Positions 1 through 14,598 of a stretch of DNA of 64,000 nucleotides are shown here, in pieces. The position numbers and the translations under genes are program-made. How positions within the stretch are numbered: position 1 is the first letter of the stretch; each line of letters starts with the position of its first letter. Under the pieces are notes generated by a model that had not been told where the DNA came from, did no database searches, and worked only from the letters and a program-made list of their open reading frames with translations. The stretch is from Octopus vulgaris (lineage: Eukaryota): NCBI GenBank assembly GCA_951406725.2, contig OX597831.1, positions 2,356,001-2,420,000 on the forward strand. Direction: 5' to 3'.

Positions 1-1911
1 ATATTAGCATATACCTGAACTCTCTCTCCCCCACTGTCCTCGACCCACCTTGCCTCCATCTGTATAACTACAAATATATGAATGTATTTGCTGTTTGATT
101 GCTAAGTGTTGAAATAAAGTAAAACTAAACAAATCTAATTAAATCCAACCACTCCCATACCACCACCACCGCCACCACTGTCATTGTCATTGTTCAAATA
201 AATCATTAAAGCTATTAACACATATCAGTTGCCCTCGGTTCCTTAACTTGTTCAGACTAATCACTTGGAATCCGTCTAACCTTTTCCCTTTCCCACCGCA
301 CAAACACAACCAAAGAAAAAGATTGACAAACAACTTTAAGTGTTCAGTGAGTAGGTTGGAAGAGGGGAGGTTTGCAATATTTGAATACAGTTGTGCAACA
401 CAGTGTTTAGCTAATACTGATCCTATTACTTCAGCCACTAAATGGTAGTGAACTGGCAAAATCATTATTAGTGCAGCAGACAACGCATCTCGCAGTATTT
501 GTTCTGTCTCTTTACATTGAGTTCAAATGCTGTCGAGGTCAAGTTTGCCTTTCGTTCTTTCAGGGTCGATAAAATAATGTAACAGTCGAGAAGCAGGATG
601 CAAACCTCCTTCCCTCTAGCTATTATGTTCTGGATGTTACACTGGGTCAAGGAAGTGAAGGTAGAGGAAATGTCCACAACCACTTGGACAACTAAAAAAC
701 AAACAAAACTAAATCATAATCATTTTCTTTTGCAGTTCTATTGAATAGTATGATCACTAGCCATCCAACACCATCCGAGCATGGCCATTCGCCAGCCTCG
801 TCTGGCACCTGTGTCGGTGGCACATAAAAAGCACCCACTACACTCACGGAGTGGTTGGCGTTAGGAAGGGCATCCAGCTGTAGAAACACTGCCAGATCTG
901 ACTGGCCTGGTGCAGCCTTCGGGCTTCCCAGATCCCAGTTGAACCGTCCAACCCATGCTAGCATGGAAAGCGGACGTTAAACGATGATGATGATGATGAC
1001 TAGCATTGTTTTTATGTCCATTTTTCCATGTTGGCATAGATTCTTATTTCTTTATTGCCCACACGGGGCTAAACATAGAGGGGACAAACAAGGACATTAA
1101 GTCAATCATATCGACCCCAGTGCGTAACTGATACTTAATTTATTGACCCCGAAAGGATGAAAGGCAAAGTCGACCTCGGCGGAATTTGAACTCAGAACGA
1201 AACAGCAGACGAAATACCTATTTCTTTACTACCCAAAAGGGGATAAACACAGAGGGGACAAACAAGGACAGACAAACGGATTAAGTCGATTACATTGACC
1301 CCAGTGCGTAACTGGTACTTAATTTATCGACCCCGAAAGGATGAAAGGCAAAGTTGACCTTGGCGGAATTTGAACACAGAACGTAGCGGCAGACGAAATA
1401 CCGCTAAGCATTTCGCCCGGTGTGTTAACGTTTCTGCCAGCTCAGAATCTATGTTGGCACAGATTCTGAGGCAATGTTTTATGACCAGATGCTTTTTCTG
1501 ACACCAGTCCTTTTAAGCACTTATAACATGCAGGGGTACAGTAACCCTGTGCTTAAAAAAATGGAATATGCATGCAACACATCATTGATAAGACCGAGGA
1601 AGGTCAAAATTACATGATCTTGTGGTCTTGGTGCTGAAGGTGGTGGGGACTTATCTCCCCACTAGCAAATTAAACAAAAGTGCATTTTGCACCAAAACTC
1701 AATTTTTTTTTTTCTTTTACTTGTTTCAGTCATTTGACTGCGGCCATGCTGGAGCACCGCCTTTAGTCGAGTAAATCGATCCCAGAGCTTATTCTGTGTA
1801 AGCATAGTACTTATTCTATCGGTCTCTTTTGCTGAACCGCTAAGTTACGGGGACGTAAGCACACCAGCATAAGTTGTGAAGCGATGTTGGGGGTGGGGGA
1901 CAAACATACAT

Positions 1912-1961
<50 letters not shown>

Positions 1962-2088
1962 GATGGGCTTCTTTCAGTTTCCGTCTACCAAATCTACTCA
2001 TGCCATGCAGTGGGACTGAACCCATGACCATGTAGTTGGTAAGCAAGCTACTTACCACACAGCCACTCCTGTGCCTACTTAAGTGTGA

Positions 2089-2207
2089 CGCTTACAGCAC
2101 CTAGGCTTCCCAAGTGGTCAACCATCTAAGTACTAACTAGGCTCGACATTGCTTAACTTCGGTGATTGGACGAGAACCAGTACTTTCAATGTGATATGGA
2201 CACAAGA
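2089..2207 (-). pseudogene. 5S rRNA gene copy, probably a dispersed pseudogene
   Basis: Reverse complement reads ...CCATATCACATTGAAAGTACTGGTTCTCGTCCAATCACCGAAGTTAAGCAATGTCGAGCCTAGTTAGTACTTAGATGGTTGACCACTTGGGAAGCCTAGGTGCTGTAAGC. This is a ~119-nt metazoan 5S-like sequence with box A/C. It is solitary, shows apparent CpG decay and has no oligo-T terminator. Confidence 0.88.
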
Positions 2208-2802
2208 GATTTTCTCAGTATAGATTGTTCTGCTGCAGTATAGATTGTTCCAATAGAACATCCACATTTAAGTGGGGATAAATATTACCTCTTGGTATTT
2301 ACACTACCTGTGGCACGTAAAAAGCACCCACTACACTCGTGGAGTGGTTGGCGTTAGGAAGGGCATCCAGCCGTAGAAACACTGCCAGATCAGACTGGGC
2401 CTGATGCAGCCTTCTGGCTTCACAGACCCCAGTTGAACCGTCCAACCCATGCTAGCATGGAAAACGGACGCTAAATGATGATGATGATGATTTAATGAGC
2501 TGACTGGCTAATCGTGATAGAAGCATCTGTTTTGGCGCTGATTTTCTATATCTTGCTGGCAGGGAGATGGATTGCTGCTATCTCTAGCAGTCAAGTGTGC
2601 ATCGTTGATAAAACCAAAAGCCAAAACCACATAAGCTGGTGGTGTCTCGGCACTGGAGAGGCAGCTGGGATTTATCTCCCCACTTGTGATATAAACAAGA
2701 GTGCATTATGCAACAAAAGCCGATGTGAGAGATTTTCTCACGGTAACTGCTGCAGTATAGTTTGTTCTGATAAAACATCCACATGTAGGGATAAATATTA
2801 CC

Positions 2803-3033
2803 TATTTCTTTATTACCCACAAGGGGCTAAACACAGAGGGGACAAACAAGGACAGACATAGGTATTAAGTCGATTACATCGACCCCAGTGCGTGACTGGT
2901 ACTTAATTTATCGACCCCGAAAGGATGAAAGGTAAAGTCGACCTCGGCGGAATTTGAACTCAGAACGTTGCGACAGACGAAATACCGCTAAGCATTTCGC
3001 ATGACACGCTAACGTTTCTGCCAGCTCGCCGCC
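2803..3033 (-). mobile_element. tRNA-derived SINE family A
   Basis: GGCGGCGAGCTGGCAGAA...GAGTTCAAATTC...GCCTTTCATCCTTTCGGGGTCGATAAA body, flanked by a 19-bp direct repeat (2784-2802, 3051-3069). Other copies: ~1045-1445(-, dimer), 10369-10550, 18101-18321, 21170-21350(-), 26683-26888, 34395-34610(-), 47710-47865, 57233-57445, 60251-60485. Confidence 0.9.
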
Positions 3034-4039
3034 TTCTTTTTTTTTATCCCTGTAGGGATAAATATTACCACACAGCTCAAAATACCACCATCTTCTCAAA
3101 AGTTTGACTGAAGTATATTTGGGAAAGTAAATCAGGACAGGCTGTTTGGATGATCGTTTTTCTAAGCTTTACTTCTGAGTGAGCACAATAAATGTACATT
3201 ATAAGTCCTAACTTTTGGGACATCTTTATTTTCAGTAATGACAAGTTGATCCAATTAAATACTATATGGAAACTTTCTTACCAAAAACAGGGGAATGTTC
3301 TGATGTCACAGTAATTGTCACCAATCCTCTATTTTGTTTATATGTGGGAGGGAAATGCAAAACATCACAGCTAACTAAAGCAATTTCTAAACAATATGAC
3401 AATCAAATAAACACTGCACTTAAGACAAGACATTGCTCACACAGACTACACTCTTTAAGAAGACAAATGGAATGAATGAGAAGTGGGTAGATTTCACTTT
3501 GAGAGTCACTGTCTCGGCAATTTAATAAAGACACTTTGATAAGCCTTTTACAACAGGGGGTGGGATGGGGTGGGAGAGAGATCAGAAAGACATTTTAACT
3601 ATGGTATTTAATTGGATCAACTTGTCATTACTGAAAATAAATTGCTACTATTTTGTTTTGTTTTTTACCACTAATAACTCCAAATAGCAAAAACCTTACA
3701 TGTTTAGAGAGAGTGGACTATGTCTATATCTGTACAATACAAGGTTCCAGTAAGTTTGTGTAAGGACATTTTGCATGCAGATAAAGGCAGGAAAAGATGG
3801 GGAAATGTTTCTCTTTTTAAATTTAGTGAGCACCTAATTTTTTTTTAGTGACTACTTTTTTTCTCCATGTATGGATTGTTTACAAGCCACTAACCTGATT
3901 ATGTTCCTCGCTATGGCAACTGTAACAAAAACAAAAGTGCAATAATGTGTAGATAAGAATAACACATAACTGGAGACCGTTCTTTGTGAGTTGGATATCT
4001 TTCCTACCATCAACTAGTGAGTGTGAGTATATTTTATAG

Positions 4040-4367
4040 CCCGATTAATTAGGGACAGAATTAGATTAGATGAAATACAGTTTGGCTTTGTCCCAGAGAG
4101 AAGCACCACAGATGCTATTTTCGTAGTCAGGCAACTGCAAAAGAAGTATTTAGCCAAAAACAAGCTTCTGCACTTGGCATTTGTTGATCTCGAGAAAGCA
4201 CTTGACAGAGTACCTCGCTCTGTGATATGGTGGTCTCTGGGGAAGCTTGAGATCGACAAATTGCTTATGAAAGCAATACAGGCTATGTACAAGGGTGTTG
4301 TTAGTAAGGTAAGAGTTAACCATGAGTACAGCGACAAATTTAGTGTAGAGGTAGGTGTTCACCAACT
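4040..4367 (+). mobile_element. RTE-clade LINE reverse transcriptase fragment
   Basis: QFGFVPERSTTDAIFVVRQLQKKY...AFVDLEKALDRVPR...FSVEVGVHQ, non-LTR RT N-terminal motifs. Confidence 0.9.
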
Positions 4368-4638
4368 AAAGGTTGGTGTTAGGAAGAGTACCCAACTGTA
4401 GAAACCATGCCAAAACAAACTATGGAACCTGATGCAGTTCCAACATTTTGGGTATTGTGCCAGTGTAAAAAATATTATTTAGAACTGCTGTAGAGTAAGA
4501 AATATGTTTCCAGCAAACCAAGTTTAAAGTCTTGAAAAACATGCATAAATGTTACAGATTTTCACTTCTTTCATTTTCTTAAACTTTTATGCATTGTACT
4601 AACATAAGAAATATTAGTTGCTGCTGGAAATCACCATT

Positions 4639-4674
<36 letters not shown>

Positions 4675-5535
4675 GGTTATAGGAGACACAGACAATGGCA
4701 ATCTACATATTCATTTAATCCAACTTACACACACAAAGCAATATGAACTTAGTTTTTTTTATTTTTTGACAACAACTCACTTTAGATAATGTCTGATCTT
4801 TTATCTTGTACTCATGGCTCGTGACTCATAAGCCAGCATTGAGGGATATAGAGATGGATGTATATGGAGGGGAGGGTTGTACTGGCTGAGAGAAAACACT
4901 GGTTATGTAACTACAGATTTACATCACAAACTGATTGCAGGCATTTTGTGGTAAATTTAGAAACTGTCATGATAAAAGAAGAAACAACTCTTAGATTGCC
5001 AAGCTTTAAAAAGAATATTCTCATGAATGTAATTCAATCATAGCCGAGTATTTAAGTCATAGATCTTTAATGATGGTACTAGGTTAATCTACTGACCTAT
5101 GTGGGTACATCAGATCTAACGACACATACCTAATCCACAGCTTTATGTGGGTACATCAGATACAATTATGTAGCATACCCAAAGCCACGGAGGTATTTAA
5201 CAGTGCCTTAGTTAAAAAAAACACTTTATAGAAACTGCCATGGTGGAGCACACTAAACCTCAGTCATGGCTTGAGAATACCTAATCCGAATGACATTATA
5301 GTGGGACACACCATAAAAACACAACTACTGTGACAATAGTTAATTCACAACTCCATGGTGATACATCTAACCTATGTTGCTATGACAACATCCATGTAAT
5401 CCATTTTAATTCACATTACCACAGTGACACTTAATCCATATTTGACACGGAGAATCAATGTGACTATAGGAGGACATTTAAAATCATCAAATTGTTGCTA
5501 GTTATTGTGACAATATATTATTAATAAAAATGTCA

Positions 5536-5907
5536 GGATGATGATGATGAAGGTGGCGGTGAGTGGTGATGATGATGATGATGAAGACAGATCTAGTGAT
5601 GATGATAAAAGCAATGATAACAGGGTTAGTCACGATAATGAAAGTAATGATAACAGAGTTAGTGATGATGATGATGACGACAACAGAGCTAATGATGATG
5701 ATGATAACAGAGCTAGTGATGATGAAAGCAATGACAACAGAGTCAGTGATGATGATAATTAGGATGATAACAGAACTAGTTATGATGATAGTGGTGATGA
5801 CGCTAATGATTATGACAGGGATAACGATAACGATGCTGATGGAAAGTGGGGATAGCAATAATTTTCATGATGACAGTGATGGTAGTTATGATGACAGACA
5901 TTTTTGA
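5536..5907. repeat. Degenerate (GAT)n-based tandem repeat
   Basis: Units such as GATAACAGAGCTAGTGATGAT; the poly-D/M/I ORFs are frame artefacts. Confidence 0.9.
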
Positions 5908-6289
5908 TAAGAGAGGTTTTTGTTGTTGCTTTTAATTTTCCCTGATTAATAGAAGTTTCTAATGAATGATACCCGAATTAGTTAGCTTGAGCAGAAAAAT
6001 AAAACACTAAGATCAACTTAGTCTCAACAAGAACACAAATAATAGTTATAACAACAACTATAACAGTAATGATACCTAACTTAATATAATGATATGGGTG
6101 TACATTTGGAAGAGGAATATGATCTAGTTGATTATATCAACCCAAGTACATAGTGAGTACTTCTTTTATTTACCTCAAAAGTAATATTGAGCTTAATGGG
6201 ACTTGAACTCAAAATATAAAGGGTCAAAGAAATACTGAAAATTATTTTGTCTACCTCAGACAGAAACTCTCTTCAAAAAACAATGGAAT

Positions 6290-6812
6290 GATAGCTGTGA
6301 ACCATAAAATTGAACTTGGTAGGCAGCCTTTGATATGAGCAAAAATGAATCCTGTACCACATAAATTCAAGCATCTACAACACCTATGTTCTTCCAGATG
6401 CTTTATACGGGCTAGACTGTGTCAACTGGGCTTCTGTTGCACTACAAAAACTGGAAGTCTTTCAGAATCATGTAATGTGACTTATTACTAACACCAAATT
6501 CTCAGACCACCTCAGAATTGAACATTTAAGACAAATAGCCAAATTACCACCAATCACCTCTGACATCAAAAATAAAGTACTCAAATTGCTTGGCCACACT
6601 AAACGAATGGTTTGTGGCATCAGAAAGATCTGTTAGAAAGCGTGATTAATGGAAAGAGAAACAAAGGTCGGCCACCTAAAAGATGAAGAGATAACGCCAC
6701 AACATGGACAGGTCTTGACACAGCTTCTCCTGAATGCTCTTGCCAAAGATCAAATACTGTGGCGGCAACTATCTGCCGCAAGTGAAGATAGCAGGAAATG
6801 ATGATGATGATA
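6290..6812 (+). mobile_element. LINE (RTE-like) ORF 3' end
   Basis: IYNTYVLPDALYGLDC...LLGHTKRM...INGKRNKGRPPKR* with stops, ending in a (GAT)n tail. Confidence 0.75.
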
Positions 6813-9675
6813 TTCAGGGTATATGTATAAGCTGTATCATGCAATTTAATGGATATTGTGTTTAACTGCAGGCCCCATCTGTAGGCTGTCTCATTTTATC
6901 GATGCATGCAAATATAAAAATACTCCCGAATCCAAAAAAGATCTGAAATCTGTGATACTTTTGGTTGCAGGAATTTCAGATGATAGATTCTCAAACTGTA
7001 CTTACATTATCAACCCCAGAGGGATGAAAGGTAAAATCAACTTCAATGTAATTTAAACTCTGTACCAAAGGGTTAAGACTAAATGATACAAGGAATTTAA
7101 TTGGACACTCTAGCATTTCTGCTGTTCTACTGTATCTTTACATTAATATTATTGATTAGTCACATCAATAAGGACTTCTAACTAACATCAATAAGAGCAA
7201 CAATATTATCAATAATCGTAAAGTTGAACTTTGCAAGAAAGAAGCATTCGTCTTGTAGGCTTAAAGAGAATTTTCCTAATCAAGTAATCATTCCACATTG
7301 AGGTTAGATGTATGGTGATTCAACATGTAATAAAACTTGCAGGAGAGAAAAAAAAAACCATCAAGAACTATTAACATGAGATGACTGATTACTGAACACA
7401 AAGATTCAATTAGACAAAAGAGAGGGGCAAAAACATTGGATGATTTATTTTGAAAATAAAATATAGTAAAACACACTTGATAAATATCTTAAAGGATATC
7501 TTTGCCCTTGTCGTGGTGGTGGTGACAATAATAGTGGTGATGATGATGGTGGTGGTGGTTTGTAAATGGAAGTAAAGCATAAAACTATATAAACTGAACA
7601 AGTAAAACTGATAACGGTTATAGAAAACCAAGATGTGATAATGTAGCTCATGTATTATAGTGTTATCTGATTTTTACGCTATATACTTATTAAAATTCCA
7701 GAAACTTGCAGCAAACAATATAAATAACTCCTCCTAAATATTAGCGAAAAAATACAGGAGATGAATAATGGACATATTCAGAAATTCTGACAAAGCGTTA
7801 GATCATGAAAGAATGGCTCATATTTTTAAAAATCCACTTACAACTAGTTACACTCCACCAACCACCAACACCACCACCACCCCTTTTATAAAAATAGGAA
7901 AATTTGAATGGGCTTATTATCAGATGTGAAGAGATAAAAAAAATATTTTTATTCTAAAAATTTTACATATTTCAAAACATTTTAAAAAATTGTTTTCTTC
8001 CTGCTTTCCTCTTAATTTCAATAAATAAAAATGTAAGAAAGTTTACTGATTTTCAAAGATAATGATATTTATTGCTTCTCATACTCTCTGCCAAAGGAAG
8101 ATTGTATATCAGCATTGTAATATAATTTGGCAACTGTTCCCCAAGTCATGCCAACCTGCCTAGTAAAAGGTATAAATCCTATTTTAGAAGGCAGCTCCTA
8201 TACAACATGTCACCGCACTGCTGTTGAAAGTAATAAATTTTAATTCTTCTACATTTTTTGAACATATTCCAGAAAATTTGTAACAACAAACCAATTATTT
8301 TAGTTAAACAATTTTACTTCTTCTTCTTCTTCCTTGTGTGAAGAATTTTCTTCCAAAATGAAACTCGTTAGCATAACACTATTATAGAATACAACCAGAT
8401 AATTTTTTTTTTTTTTTTGATGAAGAGAAATTTTTTTTCCTTTCTCCAAACAACATTCTTTAAGTTATCAATCAATATACCTAATTATCTACTTAAACAT
8501 CACAGGCATCTAAAATCTACTACAGTATGTTGACGCCTAAAGCTAATGGATAGGACCCAAGAAAAAAAAAAACAACCCTAAAAACATTGGCATGGTAGAA
8601 AAACCACTTCAGCATTAAAATCCTTCAACACTCGTGTATCTTCTACAGCTACAATAATGGCACCAATTTCTCTTAAGTGGCTTTTGTCACCTCCTTTTGA
8701 ACATATGCAGCAAACTTTTAACTACACTCTTCTGCAGATTATTGGAAGTCAGAGTTGATCAGAGAACTAGACCTGTAAACACAGAACTAACCTAAGTATT
8801 TTGTGGAAGACAGCAACTGTCCATGCATGCAAGTCTTCTCACTTCATGTTTAAAGTGTTGTCCAAGACAAAGACTTTTCTTAAAAGACAGATACAGTTTG
8901 GCACCAGTGCTACTACAGGCTTTATCAATCAGAACAGAAAGAACTAGTATTGTAAACATTCAGAATGAATTACTGGTCTGCATACAGCTGTCCAACAATC
9001 AGTCTCAGAAGTCTTGCAACTTCCACCTGTTTTAAAAGTTTACTTTTAAAAAGAGTACAAACTGATACATTATGTGATCATGTGAGCAACCAGGCTCTCA
9101 GATGTTGTTTAACATCACTGGTCACAATGTACTCTTGCATTGTTTTAGCCTTCAAATGATGCCACCCCACTGGCTAGGTGAACAGGCCAACATTCTCCCC
9201 TGATCAAAAGGGGCTCTCGAACAACATAAAATGAAGTGTTTTGCTTAAAAAACACAGTATTCTAAGCAAGAGACTAAACACACACACACACACACATACA
9301 TATATATTCTCTTGTTTAGGATTTAAAATGTTTTAAGAATTTTGTTGAATTTGGGCAGGGAGTAATGCTGGCTTGACAATAAAATGAAAAGAGACAGAGC
9401 CATATGGCAAAATGTAAAATTATTTGGTCTTGTTGCAAAAGAAATTTTCAATTAAAACATACAAATTTAAATGAATTTTAAAAATGTCAAAACCAGAGAT
9501 CATATTTTATAGGTGCAAGAATGGCTGTGTGGCAAGAAGTTTGCTTCATAACCACAAGGTCTCAGGTTCAGTACCCTGGTGCAGCACCTTGGGCAAGTGC
9601 CTTGTAATATAGCCCCAGGCTGACCAAAACATTGTGGGGTGGATTTGATAAATCGAAACTGAAAGAAGCCCATCA

Positions 9676-9717
<42 letters not shown>

Positions 9718-10639
9718 ACCACAGCTTAACAACCATTATTGCTTTTGGTTTTTTTTTTAACATCCCTGTAACTTAGCAGTTCAGGAAAAGAGATCATTAG
9801 AATAAGTACCAGTCTGGAAAGTACTGGGGATGATTTGTAAGACTAAAACCTCTCAAGGTGGTGCATCAGCATGGGGACAGTCCTATGGCAGAGACAAGTA
9901 AAAAATGAAAAATATTTTGAGACACACACTAAGGTAAATATGAATTGCTATTAAGTGCACACACACACACAAACCATATATAAACACATACACGTACTCA
10001 TACACAATCACACATATACACACATACATACATGTATGCATGCATTCATACATACTTATTTCTCCACTGTTCTCTCTAATTTAAGGTTTTAACCTACAAA
10101 TAACTACATGGATAAACTAAGAACATTTATGGCTGGAAGAGGATTTATTAATCCACATGAATTGATGTAACATATGTTTTAATTATCGATTTGTTTACCT
10201 TGACTGAAAATCACACGTTTAAAGAGGAGTATGGTTGATTAAACCAACCCCCGTATATCCTTGGCAATTAATCATTTTATCAACAACTGGACAAATAAAA
10301 ACATGAAGTTAGCTGTTAGCTCAGGAAGGACTTGAACTCAGGATGTTAATATTAAATACTGCAAAGAAGGCAGCAAGCTAGCAGAACCTTAGTGGCATTT
10401 TGTCCATCTTTATATTCTGAGTTCAAATTCTGTCGAGGTCAACTTTGTCTTTCGTCTCTTTTGGGTTCATAAAATAAGTACCAGTTGAAAACTGGGGTTG
10501 ATGTAATCAACTTGTTCCTCCCCTGAAATTACTGGCCTTGTGCCAAAATTAAATACTGCAAGTCTTTTTAATACAGTGCATTACATTTCTGCCATTCATT
10601 TCTATTTTTCTTTCAAAATTATTTTTATATTCTACTCAC

Positions 10640-10825
10640 CCCACAATATTCTGTTTCATTAAAAACTTGAGGAGGTACTGGGACAGCCCCTTCTGTCTTT
10701 GCTTTGCTATTCTCCCGCATCAGAGTTCGTTCACTTGCATATCTGGGGTCTGTTATATCAATTTGAACAAAGTCAATTTTCTCAGCAGTTAACTTGTTCA
10801 AAATGAGTTGCTGACATTTCCTTTG
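10640..10825 (-). CDS. SH3BGRL: Second coding exon of SH3BGR/SH3BGRL-family protein (QRKCQQLILNKLTAEKIDFVQIDITDPRYASERTLMRENSKAKTEGAVPVPPQVFNETEYCG)
   Basis: 186 bp, phase 0/0, acceptor ttttcag at 10826-10832 and donor GTGAGT at 10639. Carries family motifs QQ, (F)xxxDI, MRE and P-x-PPQ(I/V)FN-xxx-YCG. Confidence 0.93.
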
Positions 10826-11180
10826 CTGAAAAGATGAAAACAAACAAATAAATACATTATAATGAAGCATAAGACATTGAGTTAAGTAAGATGTAAGGAA
10901 AAATAATAAAGATGCATGGAAAAATGAATGAACACCACACTATCGCATGTGACTCTTTTTTCAATAAATATGGCAATTACTATTAAGAATTGATGAATTC
11001 TTGATGGAATAGTTTTTCACAACTATTTTGACGCTCAGCTAATGTAAGATAGACCAAAAGTCATGCACAAAATAAGTTCAACATGCTCTGGAATTGTCAA
11101 AGACATGCTTCAATTTTTCTAAAATTGAATAAGATATATAAAATGATGAAGAACACACATGTACTTATACATGAACAAAA

Positions 11181-11214
<34 letters not shown>

Positions 11215-11216
<2 letters not shown>

Positions 11217-11790
11217 ATACCCTGATGCAATACCAGGCAGAGGCTCTCGTGGTTTCTGATCTTAACTGACTGGAAGAGTTATCATGTACATTGTTTTGTC
11301 TTGGTATAAAAGATGGGCTACAACAAATATTCTGCTCAATACCACAAATTTGCTTGTCAGCTGTTTGACCTTAACCAGTTGAGCATGTCCCTTAGTGGCT
11401 GACGATATGTGCATCTCTGATCACGAGCAGAAGTAGTGGGGAAGCATCATAGCCATGTGTTGAGAGGGATTCTTTGGGGTTTGAATAATTCACCTCTGGA
11501 AACATGGGTGCTTCATTCAACATCCTTAAATAACCCTTATTCAGGGACCTTTTGAGTGGGATGGGTTACTCGACCAGAAGAAAATTCTAACTGGGCCCCA
11601 CCTGCAAGGTCATGTGCTGTTTATCTTGATATGAGATCACCATGTCGCGCACATATGGTTGTGATGCATGTGCCTAGTGTACCTTTATCAGACGGGTAGT
11701 CATGATGAGTATACTGGGCTTCGTATATTTTACCCCAGTTTCACTTTGCTGGCATGCACTGCTCTCTCACTCAACAATAATAATAATAAT
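11215..11790 (+). mobile_element. Interspersed repeat in an (AAT)n tract, probably a LINE 3' UTR
   Basis: Block with higher GC bounded by (AAT)n on both sides; family assignment not confirmed. Confidence 0.45.
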
Positions 11791-11799
11791 AATTATTAT

Positions 11800-12165
11800 T
11801 ATTATTTCTTTTATAGGCTACAAGGGCCCAAGACACAGGGGATAATATCAAAGGATGTTACAACACATGAAAACAAAAACAAAATCAGGTGGGGTTTACA
11901 TCAATCAAAGGATACAATAGAAATTAGCGATATAATTAGGATCCCCAATAGTAGGGCAGTCCATTTAGGGTATTTTAGGGTAAACCCCATGCAAAAAAAA
12001 TCCCGGATTACTCTGCCGTCCCCATGACATGGGAAAGTGCCCTCTTCCAGTTTCTTTCTTTCTGCTTAGAAAAGTCAAACCATTCAGTCTCACCAGTCTT
12101 GCCACTCTTGTTCACCTTTTGACAAACACACTAGAAGGCAACACCTCCCTCTCCACCCTCTTCAA
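11800..12165 (-). mobile_element. Probable L1/Tx1-like LINE 3' end
   Basis: Minus strand reads RVEREVLPSSVFVKR*TRVARLVRLN, then a short UTR and an A-rich/(AAT)n tail. Family assignment from memory. Confidence 0.45.
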
Positions 12166-13849
12166 ATGATATCTGAAGACATTGATGAGGGCTTGGCCAG
12201 ACAGGGAAGTGCCTGTCTTCAAACCTTTCCCCCAGAATTACATCACTGTGGATCTCCCTTACCCATCAATGTTTCATCACCATCACAACCAACAATAAAA
12301 AACAACTGGACTGCAAACTACATCGTTCCAAGTTCAGTCCCACTGTGTGGCACTTTGTCGTATATGTATGTATACCTATATCTATTTATCAATGTGTGTG
12401 TGTGTGTGTGTGCTTGTCCCTCTCCTCTGCTTCACAGCCAGTGTTGGTGTGTTAACATACCCGTAAATTAGCAGTTTGGCAACAAAAAAAAAACCAGAAA
12501 AATAAGTACAAAAATAAGAACTAGGGTTGATTCATTCAACTAAAATTCTTCAAGGTGGTGCTCCAGCATGGCCACAGTCCAATGACTGAAACAAATAAAA
12601 GATAAAGAAAATGTCCAACCTTCTTCCAGTCTAAGAAAAGTCTATGAGCACCATCACACCTTATAAGAGCAACTGCCCCACTACACACATTAACGGTTAG
12701 GGGAGAAAATATGAGCAGAGTGAGAACTTCAGAGAGAGGAAGAACTCCAGAGAGAGGAAGAACTCCAGAGAGAGGAACTCCAGAGAGAGGAAGAAGGTTT
12801 GGAGTACAGTTAGGAGAATAAATGATACATAATGGGAAGGAGGTATGACGGGTGGCGGTAGGTAAAGAAACCACTGAACATAGTCTGTTTAGGGAAATGG
12901 GTAGGGTAGCATACAATCATCATAGGGTAGTATACAATCATAGGGAAATGGATAGGGTAGGATACAATCATCATTTTAAAAAGGGGAAGGGTATCTTGTG
13001 ATTGCAGTTGAAAAAGTAATAAGGCACAGGTTAACAATGGAGCAGTGTTTGAAAGAAATCAGCTCAGATGAGCAGAAGCCATTGTGCTAGCCATGGAACT
13101 GTTGGAGAGCTGACATATCTCTATGGTGGATATAATTAAATGGTGATTAAACACACACCAACCAAGTAGACAGCCTTTTCTTTTGTGTTGTGTGCACGCA
13201 CATGCATGTGTGTGTCTGTGTGCGTGTGTGTGTGTGCATGCACATAATCGCACATATGTCAGCAATACTCTATTCAAGGTAAGGTAAATATTTTGTAATG
13301 GATCTGCAGTAAACCTTCAATGTTAGTACTACATTTCTCTGGAATTCTCATTCTGATCGTGTTTTTACTCCATAATATTCAAACCTAAGAGAATATTCTC
13401 TGACAATGAAAAAATAAGAGAAATAAAAAGAATAATAATAATAATCTATCTTTTGTGACACAATCTCGATCCTCTGAAATAATAAACATTTACTACAGTT
13501 GACAAAATTTTTTTTTTTTTTTTCTGATTGCCTTCAGTCTACATAATAGCAAAAATCTGCCCTAGTTATGTAGTCTGTGTTATATAATATTAATGAATAC
13601 CTATTCATACAGAATACAATAATACAATAGAGAAAGGGGTGGGGCAAACTGTTTTCAATAGTTACTCACTATGTGACTGAAAATAAAATAATGATAATAA
13701 ATTCTAAAGAAATACATTCCAAGAATTAAAACATGTTGCAACATGGATGCCAGAGAATTTCACTGTTCTGCTTTGGCATTAAATACACAATAATTTAAAC
13801 TCAGTGCAGGTTTCAATTATATAGAATAACAGAAGACATTAAAAAAAGA

Positions 13850-13852
<3 letters not shown>

Positions 13853-13897
<45 letters not shown>

Positions 13898-14480
13898 CAT
13901 ATACTTACATATATATACATACATACATACATATACTTACATATATATACATACATATATACACATACATATATACATATATACATGCATATATACATAC
14001 ATATATACATGCATATATACATATATACATGCATATATACATATATACATGCATATATACATGCATACATACATATATACATACATACATACATACATGC
14101 ATATATACATATATATATACATATATATATACATATATATATACATATATACATGCATATATACATATATATATACATATATATATGCATATATACATAT
14201 ATATATACATATATATATGCATATATATATGCATATATACATATATATATACATATATATATGCATATATACATATATATATATGTATGTATATATACAT
14301 ACATATATACATACATATATATATGCATATATACATACATATATACATATATACATACATATATACATACATATATATATGCATATATACATATATATAT
14401 GTATGTATATATATATATATACATATATATACATATATACATATATACATATATATATATGTATGTATATATACATACAT

Positions 14481-14511
<31 letters not shown>

Positions 14512-14565
14512 TGTATATATATATATATACATATATACATACATATATATATATGTATGTATATA

Positions 14566-14598
<33 letters not shown>
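13853..14598. repeat. ~745-bp compound (TA)/(TACA)/(TGCA) microsatellite
   Basis: Seen directly; source of the spurious Y/I/M/C ORFs. Confidence 0.98.

Noticed and set aside
5502-5907. Acidic poly-D ORF that could be taken for an SH3BGR acidic tail or biomineral protein
   Set aside because: The poly-D frame is on the opposite strand to the gene, comes from a (GAT)n repeat and has no convincing splice context.
8580-8775. Candidate third coding exon with a minus-strand acceptor near 8772
   Set aside because: Stops in all frames and no DY/F..A.E...FL motif expected for the next SH3BGRL exon.
12720-12795. ~18-bp tandem repeat (AACTCCAGAGAGAGG) giving an LPLSGV-repeat ORF
   Set aside because: Short minisatellite with no coding support.
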